DNA of 46,025 nt from Clostridia bacterium (GTDB lineage Bacteria > Bacillota > Clostridia > Christensenellales > CAG-138): the NCBI GenBank assembly GCA_045576895.1, contig JAZNHI010000155.1:1-46025 (forward strand), read 5' to 3'. Position numbers and translations under genes: made by a program. The notes beneath the pieces were generated by a model that worked only from the letters and a program-made list of their open reading frames with translations, did not search any database and was not told the DNA's origin. Below are positions 8,921 through 18,066 of this stretch, piece after piece. How positions within the stretch are numbered: position 1 is the stretch's first letter; each line of letters begins with the position of its first letter.

Positions 8921-10117
8921 TTATCTTGCGGGCAGCAGTTCCCGTGCCATGCGCTCCGCATAAAGACAATAGCCGCGCGTCGGCTGGCTGATGAAAACAT
9001 GCGTGACGATACCGATCAGTCTCCCGTCCTGGATCAGCGGACTGCCGCTCATGCCCTGCACGATGCCTCCGGTCTTTTGAAGCAGTAAGGGATCCGTGAT
9101 CTCGATCATCACGCCCTGCGTTTCGGGTGACGACTGCACGTCGGTGCGGATGATTTCGACCGTATATGCCGAAACGGTTCCGTCTACATCCGAAAGAATA
9201 TATGCGGCGCCCCTGTGCGCCGCGCCGGCGGGAGCGATCTCCGCCGTCTTTCCCTCCGCATTCCGAAAGCTGTCAAGAATGCCGCCGATCCCGAATACGG
9301 TGTTGCGTTCGACGGTTGCGATTGCATCGCTTTCGCGTACAGAAAACACGCCGACCAGCTCGCCCGCAGCATTCCCGGTCCCCTTCCGGATCTCGCGGAT
9401 CGTCGCCGACGTCAGATATCCGGTTGCCGGAGAGATCAGCTTCCCTGTATCGACATCCGTCACGCCATGTCCCAAAGCAGCATACGCCCCGCTCCCGCGA
9501 TCACAGAAGGACAGCGTTCCGATCCCGGACGTGCTGTCGCGCACCCACGCGCCGATCCGCTTCTCTCCGCTCGAATCCGTCTCCGGCGTCAATATCGTTT
9601 TGAACGCATTGCCGTCGCGCAGGCAGGACAGTTCGCATGCGCCTGCCGTCTCATCACACAGTTTCACAAACGAATCGGTATCCTGAACCGGCATCCCGTC
9701 AATTGCGCAGATCATGTCGCCTTCGCGAAGCCCTGCCGAGACAGCCGGACATACGGATCCATGCGCCGTATCGATTTTTTCAAATCCGACGATCTGCACG
9801 CCGGACGTTTTCAGAATGACGCCAACCGCTTTTCCTCCGAGCGTTACCGTTCTTGCATCGGAGAATACCGCGACGGTTTTGAGCGGCAGAACGCCGAACA
9901 GAGAGATCCGGATGGGTTCGCCCTCCAGCCGCTCGTCTCCGCTTCCCCGCACGAAACGCGCGTCGGTCCGATGCTGTTCAAGCGCAGGCGCAGACAGCGA
10001 CTCGCCCGCATCGACGACGTCCGGAAGATGCAGCACACGGTAGACCTGCGGAATGCAGTACCATCCGACAAGCAGAAAAGCAAAGCAAGCGCTGATTGCG
10101 CGAACGATTCGTTTCAT
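8921..10117 (-). CDS. spoIVB: SpoIVB signalling serine peptidase (S55)
   Basis: GIVQGMSGSPLIQDGRLIGIVTHVF plus a PDZ-like segment. I trimmed the start to the ATG at 10115-10117 (MKRIVRAIS..., AAGGAG RBS). The recN-spoIVB-spo0A synteny supports the call. Confidence 0.88.
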   Translation of the reverse strand: MKRIVRAISACFAFLLVGWYCIPQVYRVLHLPDVVDAGESLSAPALEQHRTDARFVRGSGDERLEGEPIRISLFGVLPLKTVAVFSDARTVTLGGKAVGVILKTSGVQIVGFEKIDTAHGSVCPAVSAGLREGDMICAIDGMPVQDTDSFVKLCDETAGACELSCLRDGNAFKTILTPETDSSGEKRIGAWVRDSTSGIGTLSFCDRGSGAYAALGHGVTDVDTGKLISPATGYLTSATIREIRKGTGNAAGELVGVFSVRESDAIATVERNTVFGIGGILDSFRNAEGKTAEIAPAGAAHRGAAYILSDVDGTVSAYTVEIIRTDVQSSPETQGVMIEITDPLLLQKTGGIVQGMSGSPLIQDGRLIGIVTHVFISQPTRGYCLYAERMARELLPAR

Positions 10118-10137
10118 TTGATTCAACTCCTTTTCGG

Positions 10138-10167
10138 TATCGTGTGACAAACGGTCCGAAAACATAC
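10138..10167 (-). promoter_or_regulatory. forespore (sigma-G/F-like) promoter candidate for spoIVB
   Basis: On the minus strand: GTATG (10163-10167), 18 nt, CACGATA (10138-10144), compared with sigma-G GHATR-18-CATXHTA. The match is only partial. Confidence 0.25.
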
Positions 10168-10191
10168 AAAAAAGGCCTTCGTCGGAAGGCC
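10168..10191 (-). terminator. rho-independent terminator after recN
   Basis: On the minus strand: GGCCTTC-cgac-GAAGGCC followed by TTTTTTG. Confidence 0.7.
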
Positions 10192-10207
10192 ATGTAAATA
10201 GAATGTA

Positions 10208-11881
10208 TTATGCCTTTGCGGATATCAGCAGGCGCTTTGCATGCTCCATTGCCGCCGCATCGTCTTCGCCGCTGCCCATAATCCGCGCGATCTCCTTCGG
10301 TCGTTCCGCCTCGGTGAGTCTGCGCGTTATGCTGTGCGTCTTCTCTGCGTCGGAATACTTGTAAGCCACATACTGCGTATCGGCATATGCCGCGATCTGG
10401 GGCAGATGCGTGACGCAAAGAACCTGATGCTTTCGTCCGAGCGCACGCATTTTGACTGCAACGGCATTCGCGACCATGCCGGAAATGCCGGTATCGATTT
10501 CATCGAAAATCAGCGTCTCGATGCGATCCGCGTCCGAAAGCGCCGCTTTCATTGCAAGCATGATGCGGGACATTTCGCCGCCGCTTGCAACCTTGACGAG
10601 CGGTTTCACCGGCTCGCCGCGGTTTGCGGAAAGCAGGAACGCCGCTTCGTCAATGCCCGTTTCCGAAAGCGCTTCCTTCGGGATCTCCGTAAACGCCGTT
10701 TCCATGACCGCATGCGGCATGCCCATCTCCGCAAGCTCCGAAACTGTTTCTTTCATCAGCTTCTGCGCGGCGGACTTCCTTCGATCCGAAAGCTGCCTTG
10801 CAAGCTTTCCGAAGGAATCGACAGCGGTCCTATACGCTTTCTCAAGCGCATCCGCGCGGTTTTCACCGTCGTTCAGGATCTGATACTCGTTCCCGATCTT
10901 TTCGCGATAAGCGAGGACCTCAGCGATCGTAGCGCCGTATTTGCGCTTCAGATTCTGCAGCGCGGCAAGGCGGCTTTCCGTCTGTTCGAGAAGCGCAGGA
11001 TCGTAGCGGAATGCGTCGCGGCTGTCCCGGAGCTCATATGCGACGTCCTCGATGGAATAATACGCGTCGTCCGTTCGTTCGGACAGCCTGCGATAGTCTT
11101 CATCGTATGCGCCGATCCGGTTCAGCGCGTCACGCGCGTCGGTCAGCGTCGAAAGCGCGCCGCCTTCGGCAAACAGCGCATCGTATGCGGCGTTCAGTCC
11201 CTCGACGATCGCTTCTGCATTGCGCATACGCAGCCGATCCGCCTCAAGCTGTTCCTCTTCGCCGTCGACGGGAGAAACGGAATCGATCTCCCTGATCTGA
11301 TACTGCAGCGCATCGATGCGCCGCTCGCGTTCCCGAAGTCCGCTTTTCAGAATGTCCAGATCACGTTTTGCCGTCAGCGCCGCCTGCCTTGCATCCTCTG
11401 TTCTTGATTTCAATCCGTCCGAATCGCTCTTTGCATATGCGTCAATCAACGCAAGATGCGTCTCCGGATTCAGAAGCGACTGATGCGCATGCTGACCGTG
11501 CAGGTCGACAAGAAGGTCTCCGATTGTTTTTAGCTCCGCCGTGCCGACCAGCGTGCCGTTGACGCGACATACGTTTCTGCCGCTTAATGAAAGCTCGCGA
11601 TACAAAACGAGCTCGTCGCCGTCGTCGAGTTGTTGCTGCCGGAGATAGCCTTGTACCGGAGAATCCGGCGAAAGCAGAAATGTCGCTTCGACGGACGCCT
11701 TATCCGCCCCCGTACGAATGCTCTCACGGCTTGCGCGCTCACCGAGTACAAAGCTGACCGACTCGATCAGGATGGACTTGCCCGCGCCTGTTTCGCCGGT
11801 CAATACAGAAAAGCCCGCATCGAAAGCAATGTCGGACTTATCTATCAAAGCGATATTCGTAACCTGTAAACGTGTGAGCAC
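10208..11881 (-). CDS. recN: DNA repair protein RecN
   Basis: Walker A VLTGETGAGKS and the C-terminal ASGGEMSRIMLA signature. I trimmed the start to the GTG at 11879-11881, after a GGAGGG RBS (VLTRLQVTNIALID...), which removes the overlap with argR. Confidence 0.9.
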   Translation of the reverse strand: MLTRLQVTNIALIDKSDIAFDAGFSVLTGETGAGKSILIESVSFVLGERASRESIRTGADKASVEATFLLSPDSPVQGYLRQQQLDDGDELVLYRELSLSGRNVCRVNGTLVGTAELKTIGDLLVDLHGQHAHQSLLNPETHLALIDAYAKSDSDGLKSRTEDARQAALTAKRDLDILKSGLRERERRIDALQYQIREIDSVSPVDGEEEQLEADRLRMRNAEAIVEGLNAAYDALFAEGGALSTLTDARDALNRIGAYDEDYRRLSERTDDAYYSIEDVAYELRDSRDAFRYDPALLEQTESRLAALQNLKRKYGATIAEVLAYREKIGNEYQILNDGENRADALEKAYRTAVDSFGKLARQLSDRRKSAAQKLMKETVSELAEMGMPHAVMETAFTEIPKEALSETGIDEAAFLLSANRGEPVKPLVKVASGGEMSRIMLAMKAALSDADRIETLIFDEIDTGISGMVANAVAVKMRALGRKHQVLCVTHLPQIAAYADTQYVAYKYSDAEKTHSITRRLTEAERPKEIARIMGSGEDDAAAMEHAKRLLISAKA

Positions 11882-11892
11882 TCTGCCCTCCG

Positions 11893-12342
11893 TTATTTCA
11901 TCATTTTCTGGAATTTCTTGATGATGTCGGAAACGTTCTTTCCTTCGCGTACGGCGACGAACACCGTATTGTCGCCCGCGATGGATCCCGCGATCTCCGG
12001 CCACTTCATGGAATCGATCGCTTCCGCGGCAACGGCGGCGCTGCCCGCCATCGTTTTCACGACGATCAGGTTCCCTGCGGAAGTGATCGAAACGACGCAG
12101 TTGCCGAACAGGCGGATAAAGCGTTCCTGCAGATCGGATTCCGCCTTTTCCACGGTTGCATATTTATAACGACCTTCGCCGGTCAGGACTTTAATCAGAC
12201 GAAGCTCCTTGATGTCACGCGAAACGGTCGCCTGGGTCACATTGAACCCCTGCGCGCTCAAAAGCGATGCAAGCTCCTCCTGCGTTTCGATGTTTTCGGC
12301 AGCAATCAGCTTTAAGATCATTGCATGTCTTTTCGGTTTCAT
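11893..12342 (-). CDS. argR: arginine repressor
   Basis: 149 aa. KRHAMILKLI...ETQEEL..L...GFNVTQATVSRDIKEL and GTIAGDNT-like SIAGDNTVFV. Confidence 0.88.
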   Translation of the reverse strand: MKPKRHAMILKLIAAENIETQEELASLLSAQGFNVTQATVSRDIKELRLIKVLTGEGRYKYATVEKAESDLQERFIRLFGNCVVSITSAGNLIVVKTMAGSAAVAAEAIDSMKWPEIAGSIAGDNTVFVAVREGKNVSDIIKKFQKMMK

Positions 12343-12359
12343 TACTCCAATACCTCAGT

Positions 12360-13142
12360 TCAAATCAGTTTTTCCGAAATCAGGCGGAACAGATTGCGAT
12401 TCCGGAAGGTCATCAGTTTTGTCGATCGGTGCGATCTTGTAACCGTGATCCGATCGCCGCGCGATACGGAACGGAACCGGTCTCCGTCCGCCGCCAGAAC
12501 GCCTTTTCCATCCATCGTGATGGATACGCGCGAATCCATAGAGCATACCACCGGACGAAAATGCAGCGTGTGCGCGCAGATCGGCGTTACGATCATGGCT
12601 TCGAGCCCATCCATCAGGATCGGTCCTCCCGCCGAAAGAGAGTATCCAGTGGATCCGATCGACGTGGAGATCACCAATCCGTCGCCGAACAGATCCCCCG
12701 CTGCCTGACCGTTGATCTCCAGAGAAAGCTGCATGACGCCGGAAAACGAATGCTTATAAACAAGCACGTCGTTGAAGCAGTCCCGCACAGGTTCTCCGTT
12801 TACTTCGACGGACAGCATCGGTCGCTCTTCGATCGTATAACACCCGTCCCGAAGCATGCGAAGCGCTTCCGGAAAGCGGTCCCCCGTCCATTCCGTCAGG
12901 AACCCGATCCGTCCGCAGTTCACGCCGAAGAGCGGCAGTCCGCTTCGGCACGCGATCTGTGCCGTGCGAATGAAATTACCGTCCCCGCCGACCGCTACGA
13001 TCACGGCATCCTCCGCCGGTGTCGGGTCCTCTGCCCCGAGCAGGGAGCAGGTAATTCCTTCGTCCTCGGCGGTTTTCATCAATCGACGACAATCGGCTGC
13101 AAGTGATGCCTTTCCGGCATGCACCGCAAATACAAGGTGCAT
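12360..13142 (-). CDS. nadK: NAD kinase
   Basis: GGDGNFIR and FGVNCGRIGFL motifs. I trimmed the start to the ATG at 13140-13142, 7 nt after GGGAGG. Confidence 0.88.
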   Translation of the reverse strand: MHLVFAVHAGKASLAADCRRLMKTAEDEGITCSLLGAEDPTPAEDAVIVAVGGDGNFIRTAQIACRSGLPLFGVNCGRIGFLTEWTGDRFPEALRMLRDGCYTIEERPMLSVEVNGEPVRDCFNDVLVYKHSFSGVMQLSLEINGQAAGDLFGDGLVISTSIGSTGYSLSAGGPILMDGLEAMIVTPICAHTLHFRPVVCSMDSRVSITMDGKGVLAADGDRFRSVSRGDRITVTRSHRSTKLMTFRNRNLFRLISEKLI

Positions 13143-13176
13143 AGCGCAGCCTCCCACTTGTGAATATTACGCATTC

Positions 13177-13205
13177 ATTATACAGTTGAAAAACAGAATT
13201 GGCAA
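13177..13205 (-). promoter_or_regulatory. sigma-A promoter for nadK-argR-recN
   Basis: On the minus strand: TTGCCA (13200-13205), 17-nt spacer, TATAAT (13177-13182). Confidence 0.5.
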
Positions 13206-13223
13206 GACAATTATGAATAAACT

Positions 13224-14045
13224 TTAACTGTTTTTGCCCATAGAATGGGCATTTTTTACGATTTCCGGGATCAATTCCGAGAATTTATGCAAGGATGCGT
13301 CGTTTTTGGTACTGCCCTTTTGCATGTATAAAAGGAATTCGATATTGCCTTTCGGACCGGTGATCGGCGAAAAGGAAAGCCCCGCAATGCAGAATCCGGT
13401 TGCATCCGCAAACGCAAGCATCTCGCGAATCACACGTTCATGTACCGCCGGATCACGCACAACGCCGTTCTTGCCGATCTCGGAACGACCGGCTTCAAAC
13501 TGCGGTTTGATCAGCGCAACGACCTCCCCCGTTTCCGCCATGCTGCCGTAGAGCGGCGGCAGGATCAGCCGGAGTGAGATGAAGGAAACGTCGATGGATG
13601 CGAACGTGATCGGTTCCGGAAACCAGTCCGGCGTCATGAACCGCGCATTTGTACGTTCCATGACCGTGACGCGAGGATCGTTTCGCAGAGACCAGTCCAG
13701 CTGCCCGTATCCGACGTCGATGGAATAGACGTGCTTTGCGCCGTTTTTCAGCATGACGTCCGTGAAACCGCCCGTCGATGCGCCGATATCCGCGCAAACG
13801 CGTCCGTTGAGATCGATCGGAAACACCTTAACAGCCTTATCGAGTTTCAGACCGCCGCGGCTGACAAATGGAATCGCATCCTCAACGACAACGATCTCTG
13901 CATCGGATGGGATATCTTGACCCGCCTTCTCGGCGCGGATGCCGTTGACACGCACCTCGCCCGCAAGGATCAGCGCGCGCGCCTTTTCGCGCGAGGGGCA
14001 GAGTCCCCTTGCAACCATTTCCACATCCAGGCGAACCTTCGTCAT
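13224..14045 (-). CDS. tlyA: TlyA-family rRNA 2'-O-methyltransferase (S4 domain plus FtsJ fold)
   Basis: RLDVEMVARGL..SREKA...VSRGGLKL...ADIGASTGGFTD. Its position after dxs matches the Firmicute yqxC/tlyA. Confidence 0.85.
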   Translation of the reverse strand: MTKVRLDVEMVARGLCPSREKARALILAGEVRVNGIRAEKAGQDIPSDAEIVVVEDAIPFVSRGGLKLDKAVKVFPIDLNGRVCADIGASTGGFTDVMLKNGAKHVYSIDVGYGQLDWSLRNDPRVTVMERTNARFMTPDWFPEPITFASIDVSFISLRLILPPLYGSMAETGEVVALIKPQFEAGRSEIGKNGVVRDPAVHERVIREMLAFADATGFCIAGLSFSPITGPKGNIEFLLYMQKGSTKNDASLHKFSELIPEIVKNAHSMGKNS

Positions 14046-15871
14046 GCTTCCTCCATCAGTTCCTTCAGAATCTTCGTTATATGTTCTTCGGTAAATCCGT
14101 ATCGTTCACGCTGTCGTGAAACGGACGCCTGCGGGATCGGCTCGGTCGGCAGCGCAACCGAACGTACGCGGCAGGGATTGCAGCGCAGCGCAAGGGTTTC
14201 TCCGAGCGAAACTGTGTTCTCCTCCAGCACCAGAAGCCGCGTTCCGTTTTCCCGGAAATATGCGATCATCTCCTCATCCAGCGGCTGCAGGAATCTCGCG
14301 TTGATCAATCCGGTACCATTCTTCTTTGCGATCCACTTTGCCAGCGGAAGCAGCGTTCCGTGCGCGACAATGACCGTTTCCCGCACCGGCTCAACGATCT
14401 CCCATTCCCCGAAATACAGCTTTGTTCTCATCGGAACATCCGGAAGCGATCCGCGCGGATAGCGCACGACGCACGGTTCCTTTCGGGAAACAGCCATCTC
14501 CAGCATTGCAGAAAGCTCGCTTTGCGAGGACGGCGAGTACACGGCAAGGTTGGGCATCGTGGACAGGAACGCCGGATCGAAGATGCCCTGATGCGTTTCT
14601 CCGTCCGATCCGACCAGACCCGCGCGGTCGACCGCGATGACAACGGGAAGATTCTGGAGGCAAACGTCGTGCAGCAGCGAATCGTACGCGCGCTGCAGGA
14701 AGGAAGAATACACCGCAACGACCGGTCGCATCCCGCCGCGCGCAAGTCCCGCCGCCATCGTCACGGCATGCGCTTCCGCGATCCCGACGTCAAAGAACCG
14801 GTCCGGATATGTCTCTGCAAACGTCGTCAGCCCGGTCCCGCTCGGCATCGCCGCCGTTATGGCGATCAGTTTGTCATTGTCCTTTGCAAGCCGAACCATG
14901 GTCTCTCCGAAGATCTCGGAACAGGTCTTCTGTCGCTCCGGGCTGACCTTTCCGGTCATGATCTCAAACGGCGCGATCCCGTGGAACTTTTCCGGATTCT
15001 CCACCGCGAACGGATATCCCTTGCCCTTGGTCGTGATCGCATGCAGGATCATCGGCTTGTTCAGCGCTTTGCATCGGCGCAGGTATTTCACGACCTTGCG
15101 AACGTCGTGTCCGTCGATCGGTCCCAGATACAGGATCCCGAACTCCTCAAACGGCAGGTTCGGCGCAAGAAACCGCTTTGCACGGTTTTTAAAATGCTCC
15201 ATGTGCCGACTCAGATATTGCCCGAAGCTGCTCGTTTCCAGGATCCCCGTGAGCCAGCGTTTGAACGCATTGTAGGTGCGGTTGGTACGCATCGTCGTCA
15301 GCGAATCCTTGAGCCCGCCGACATTCTTTGAGATCGACATCTGGTTGTCGTTCAGAATGATGAGCAGCGGCAGCTTGTCCTGTCCGGCGTCGTTGAGCGC
15401 TTCAAAGGACAGTCCGCCCGTCATCGCACCGTCGCCGACCAGTGCGACCGCCATGTTCTTTTCGCCCTTCAGCCGCATGGCGCGCGCAAGACCGAGCGCA
15501 GCGGAGATCGCCGTGCTCGCATGCCCGGTGTTGAAAACGTCGTGCTCGCTTTCGCTGAACTTCGGGAATCCGGAGATCCCGTTTTCCTGCCGCAGCGTGG
15601 TAAACGCGTCCTTGCGCCCCGTCAGGATCTTGTGCGCATAGGACTGGTGTCCGACGTCGAACACCAGCTTGTCGTTCGGGCTGTCGAACACGTAATGCAT
15701 CGCGACGATGAGATCGACCGCGCCCAGGCTCGACGCAAGATGACCTCCCGTCTTGGAAACGTTTTCGACCAAAAAAGCGCGCAGTTCCTCGCAAAGCGCC
15801 GGAAGCTGCTTCTCATCCAGTGCTTTGAGGTCCTTAATTCCGTTGATGGTATCCAGGATCGGATAGTTCAT
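14042..15871 (-). CDS. dxs: 1-deoxy-D-xylulose-5-phosphate synthase
   Basis: 609 aa. GGHLASSLGAVDL, DVGHQSYAHKILTGR and the GDGAMTGG TPP motif. Confidence 0.93.
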   Translation of the reverse strand: MNYPILDTINGIKDLKALDEKQLPALCEELRAFLVENVSKTGGHLASSLGAVDLIVAMHYVFDSPNDKLVFDVGHQSYAHKILTGRKDAFTTLRQENGISGFPKFSESEHDVFNTGHASTAISAALGLARAMRLKGEKNMAVALVGDGAMTGGLSFEALNDAGQDKLPLLIILNDNQMSISKNVGGLKDSLTTMRTNRTYNAFKRWLTGILETSSFGQYLSRHMEHFKNRAKRFLAPNLPFEEFGILYLGPIDGHDVRKVVKYLRRCKALNKPMILHAITTKGKGYPFAVENPEKFHGIAPFEIMTGKVSPERQKTCSEIFGETMVRLAKDNDKLIAITAAMPSGTGLTTFAETYPDRFFDVGIAEAHAVTMAAGLARGGMRPVVAVYSSFLQRAYDSLLHDVCLQNLPVVIAVDRAGLVGSDGETHQGIFDPAFLSTMPNLAVYSPSSQSELSAMLEMAVSRKEPCVVRYPRGSLPDVPMRTKLYFGEWEIVEPVRETVIVAHGTLLPLAKWIAKKNGTGLINARFLQPLDEEMIAYFRENGTRLLVLEENTVSLGETLALRCNPCRVRSVALPTEPIPQASVSRQRERYGFTEEHITKILKELMEEA

Positions 15872-15872
15872 A

Positions 15873-16667
15873 TCAGTATGTTCGACTCCGTAATGCCGAG
15901 ATCAGTTCCCGCAGCGTATCTGCCGCCTCGCCCGTATACGGGGCTAGAATCGCTTCCGCCCGGCAATATGCTTCTTCAATGTATGCTTTTGTTTCTTCTC
16001 TTCCGTAGAATGTTGCGTAGGTCAGCTTGCATTCCTGACGGTCCTTCTCCTCGTCCAGAAGATCGTCCGTCATCTGAAACAGCAACCCGACCGTATCGCC
16101 GAATACGCGCATGATCTGCGCTTTGCCCGGATCGGAAAGGTATGCGCCGGCAACACATGCCGCGCGAAACAGCGCGCCGGTCTTGTTCAGATGGATCCGG
16201 TCCAGCACCTCTGCGCTGCGCTCCGTGAGATTCAGATCGTCGCTCTGCCCGCTGACCATTGCATACGCACCTTCGAAGATCGTGCGCTTTGCGTCGTCAT
16301 TTCCCTTCTGTTCAAGCAGCAGCAATCCGGCTTTTGTCAGGAGTCCGTCGCCGGCAAGAATCGCGTTGCCCTCTCCGAACTGCACATGATTGCTCGGCTT
16401 TCCGCGGCGGATCACATCGTCGTCCATTGCCGGAAGATCGTCATGGATCAGCGAATAGCAGTGAATCATCTCCAGTGCGCAGGCAAACGGCATAGCAGTC
16501 TCTTCGCTTCCGCCGAGCATGGAGTTGATCAGCAGCAGCAGATACGGACGAACGCGCTTGCCGCCGTCCAACAGGCTGTAGCGCATGCTTTCGTTCAGCA
16601 AGGCGGCGGAACCGTCCGCATCCATATACGCCTTCAGGGCGTTTTCGATCCGTTCCGTTTCCCGCAT
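15873..16667 (-). CDS. ispA: polyprenyl (farnesyl/geranyl) diphosphate synthase
   Basis: First DDxxD motif in LIHDDLPAMDDD and a second in QMTDDLLD. AAAGGAG RBS 8 nt before the ATG. It overlaps the xseB 3' end by 34 nt. Confidence 0.85.
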   Translation of the reverse strand: MRETERIENALKAYMDADGSAALLNESMRYSLLDGGKRVRPYLLLLINSMLGGSEETAMPFACALEMIHCYSLIHDDLPAMDDDVIRRGKPSNHVQFGEGNAILAGDGLLTKAGLLLLEQKGNDDAKRTIFEGAYAMVSGQSDDLNLTERSAEVLDRIHLNKTGALFRAACVAGAYLSDPGKAQIMRVFGDTVGLLFQMTDDLLDEEKDRQECKLTYATFYGREETKAYIEEAYCRAEAILAPYTGEAADTLRELISALRSRTY

Positions 16668-16858
16668 CTCGCCTGCTCCTTTTCAAGATCGTTCAGGCGT
16701 TTTTCGTATGCGTCAAGCGTCGCTGCGCAGTCACGATACAGCGCTTCGCCCTGTTCGTAGAGACGGATCATCTCTTCCAGAGGCGCATTGCCGCTCTCAA
16801 GCTTTGCAACGATCTCCTCCAGCTGTGCCTGCTTTTGTTCATAGGTTAGTTCGCTCAT
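16634..16858 (-). CDS. xseB: exodeoxyribonuclease VII small subunit
   Basis: 74 aa. LTYEQKQAQLEEIVAKLESGNAPLEEMIRLYEQGEAL is typical of XseB. There is a 4-nt overlap with xseA. Confidence 0.88.
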   Translation of the reverse strand: MSELTYEQKQAQLEEIVAKLESGNAPLEEMIRLYEQGEALYRDCAATLDAYEKRLNDLEKEQARCGKRNGSKTP

Positions 16859-18066
16859 ACTGTTTCCTTTCCGGTGATCTTCGCCTGTGCCGTTCCGTCC
16901 GCAAAGCGGATCGAAACCGTATCTCCCGTTTCGATCTCACGGGACGAAGCGATGATATGTCCCTGTTTTCCGCCGATCAGCGCAAAGCCGCGTTCCAGCG
17001 TTCTCTGCGGACTGTAAGCAAGCAGCCGCTCTTTTTCCCGTTCCAGTCTGTTCCGCTGCGTTTCGAGCATGCGGGCGCTCGCCTGGAAAAGTCCGGCATG
17101 CGTTTCATCAAGCGTCTGCCGTCTTTGTTCCGCAGCTCGCTGCATCCGAACCCGAATGGCGTCCCCCCACAAAAGGCTGAGCCTGTCGCGCTTTGCGCGA
17201 ACCCCGTGCTTCAGCGCATTCTGCAGGCGGTTTTGCAGCGACGACAGTGTTGAAATAAGTGCGCTGCGCTCCGGTACGGCAAGCTCTGCGGCTGCGGAAG
17301 GCGTCGGTGCGCGCAAGTCCGCCACAAAGTCGCTGATCGAAAAATCCGTTTCATGTCCGACCGCGGAGATCACGGGGATCGAGCACCGATGGATCGCCTC
17401 GACGACCGGCGGCTCATTGAACGCCCAAAGGTCCTCCATGCTTCCACCGCCCCGACCGACGATCAGAACGTCGCACCGTTTTTCCGCGTCGGCACGGTCG
17501 ATCGCATCTGCAATTTCCTGCGCCGCGCCGGGTCCCTGCACCGCCGTCGGATAGAACACGATCGGCATGGACAGGAACCTCCGCCCGGTCACGGTCACGA
17601 CGTCATGCTGCACCGCGCCGCCTGCGCTTGTGATCAGCCCGATCGCCTTCGGCAAAAGCGGAATCGGTTTCTTTTGGGATGCATCGAACCATCCGAGACG
17701 GCTCAGTTTCTCCTTATATGCTGCAAAGGCAGCATACAGCGAGCCCGCGCCGATCAGCGACAGCCCCGTTGCCATCAGTTGAAAACGTCCGTCACGCGGG
17801 TAAAGCGTTGCTCTGCCCGCAAGGCGCACATGCTGTCCGTCCTTCGGAAGAAACCGCAGTCCCGCGACGTTCTGTCGGAACATCACGCAGTTGACCGAAG
17901 CAAGCTCGTCTTTAAGTATGAAATACAGATGCCCGGACGGATGACGCCTGACCCCCTCGAGCTCGCCTTCAACCGCGAGCGTTTTGAGCGTCGGATCGAC
18001 TCCCAGCAGAAGATCGACGTATTCATTCAATTCGTGGACCGAAAACACGGGTTTTACCGATTCCAT
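16855..18066 (-). CDS. xseA: exodeoxyribonuclease VII large subunit
   Basis: 403 aa. FSVHELNEYVDLLL...GELEGVRRHPSGHLYFILKD (OB fold), then ITSAGGAVQHD and GRGGGSMEDLWAFN. Confidence 0.9.
   Translation of the reverse strand: MESVKPVFSVHELNEYVDLLLGVDPTLKTLAVEGELEGVRRHPSGHLYFILKDELASVNCVMFRQNVAGLRFLPKDGQHVRLAGRATLYPRDGRFQLMATGLSLIGAGSLYAAFAAYKEKLSRLGWFDASQKKPIPLLPKAIGLITSAGGAVQHDVVTVTGRRFLSMPIVFYPTAVQGPGAAQEIADAIDRADAEKRCDVLIVGRGGGSMEDLWAFNEPPVVEAIHRCSIPVISAVGHETDFSISDFVADLRAPTPSAAAELAVPERSALISTLSSLQNRLQNALKHGVRAKRDRLSLLWGDAIRVRMQRAAEQRRQTLDETHAGLFQASARMLETQRNRLEREKERLLAYSPQRTLERGFALIGGKQGHIIASSREIETGDTVSIRFADGTAQAKITGKETV

Noticed and set aside
13207-13224. An ARG-box (ArgR/AhrC operator)-like sequence just upstream of the nadK-argR promoter -35 (minus strand AAAGTTTATTCATAATTG). 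The related TTATTCATA motif also occurs in the 36.4-36.5 kb island.
   Set aside because: Only one half-site (ATTCA with an A/T flank) matches TNTGAATWWWWATTCANW, and the partner half is poor. In AT-rich DNA this is too weak to call.
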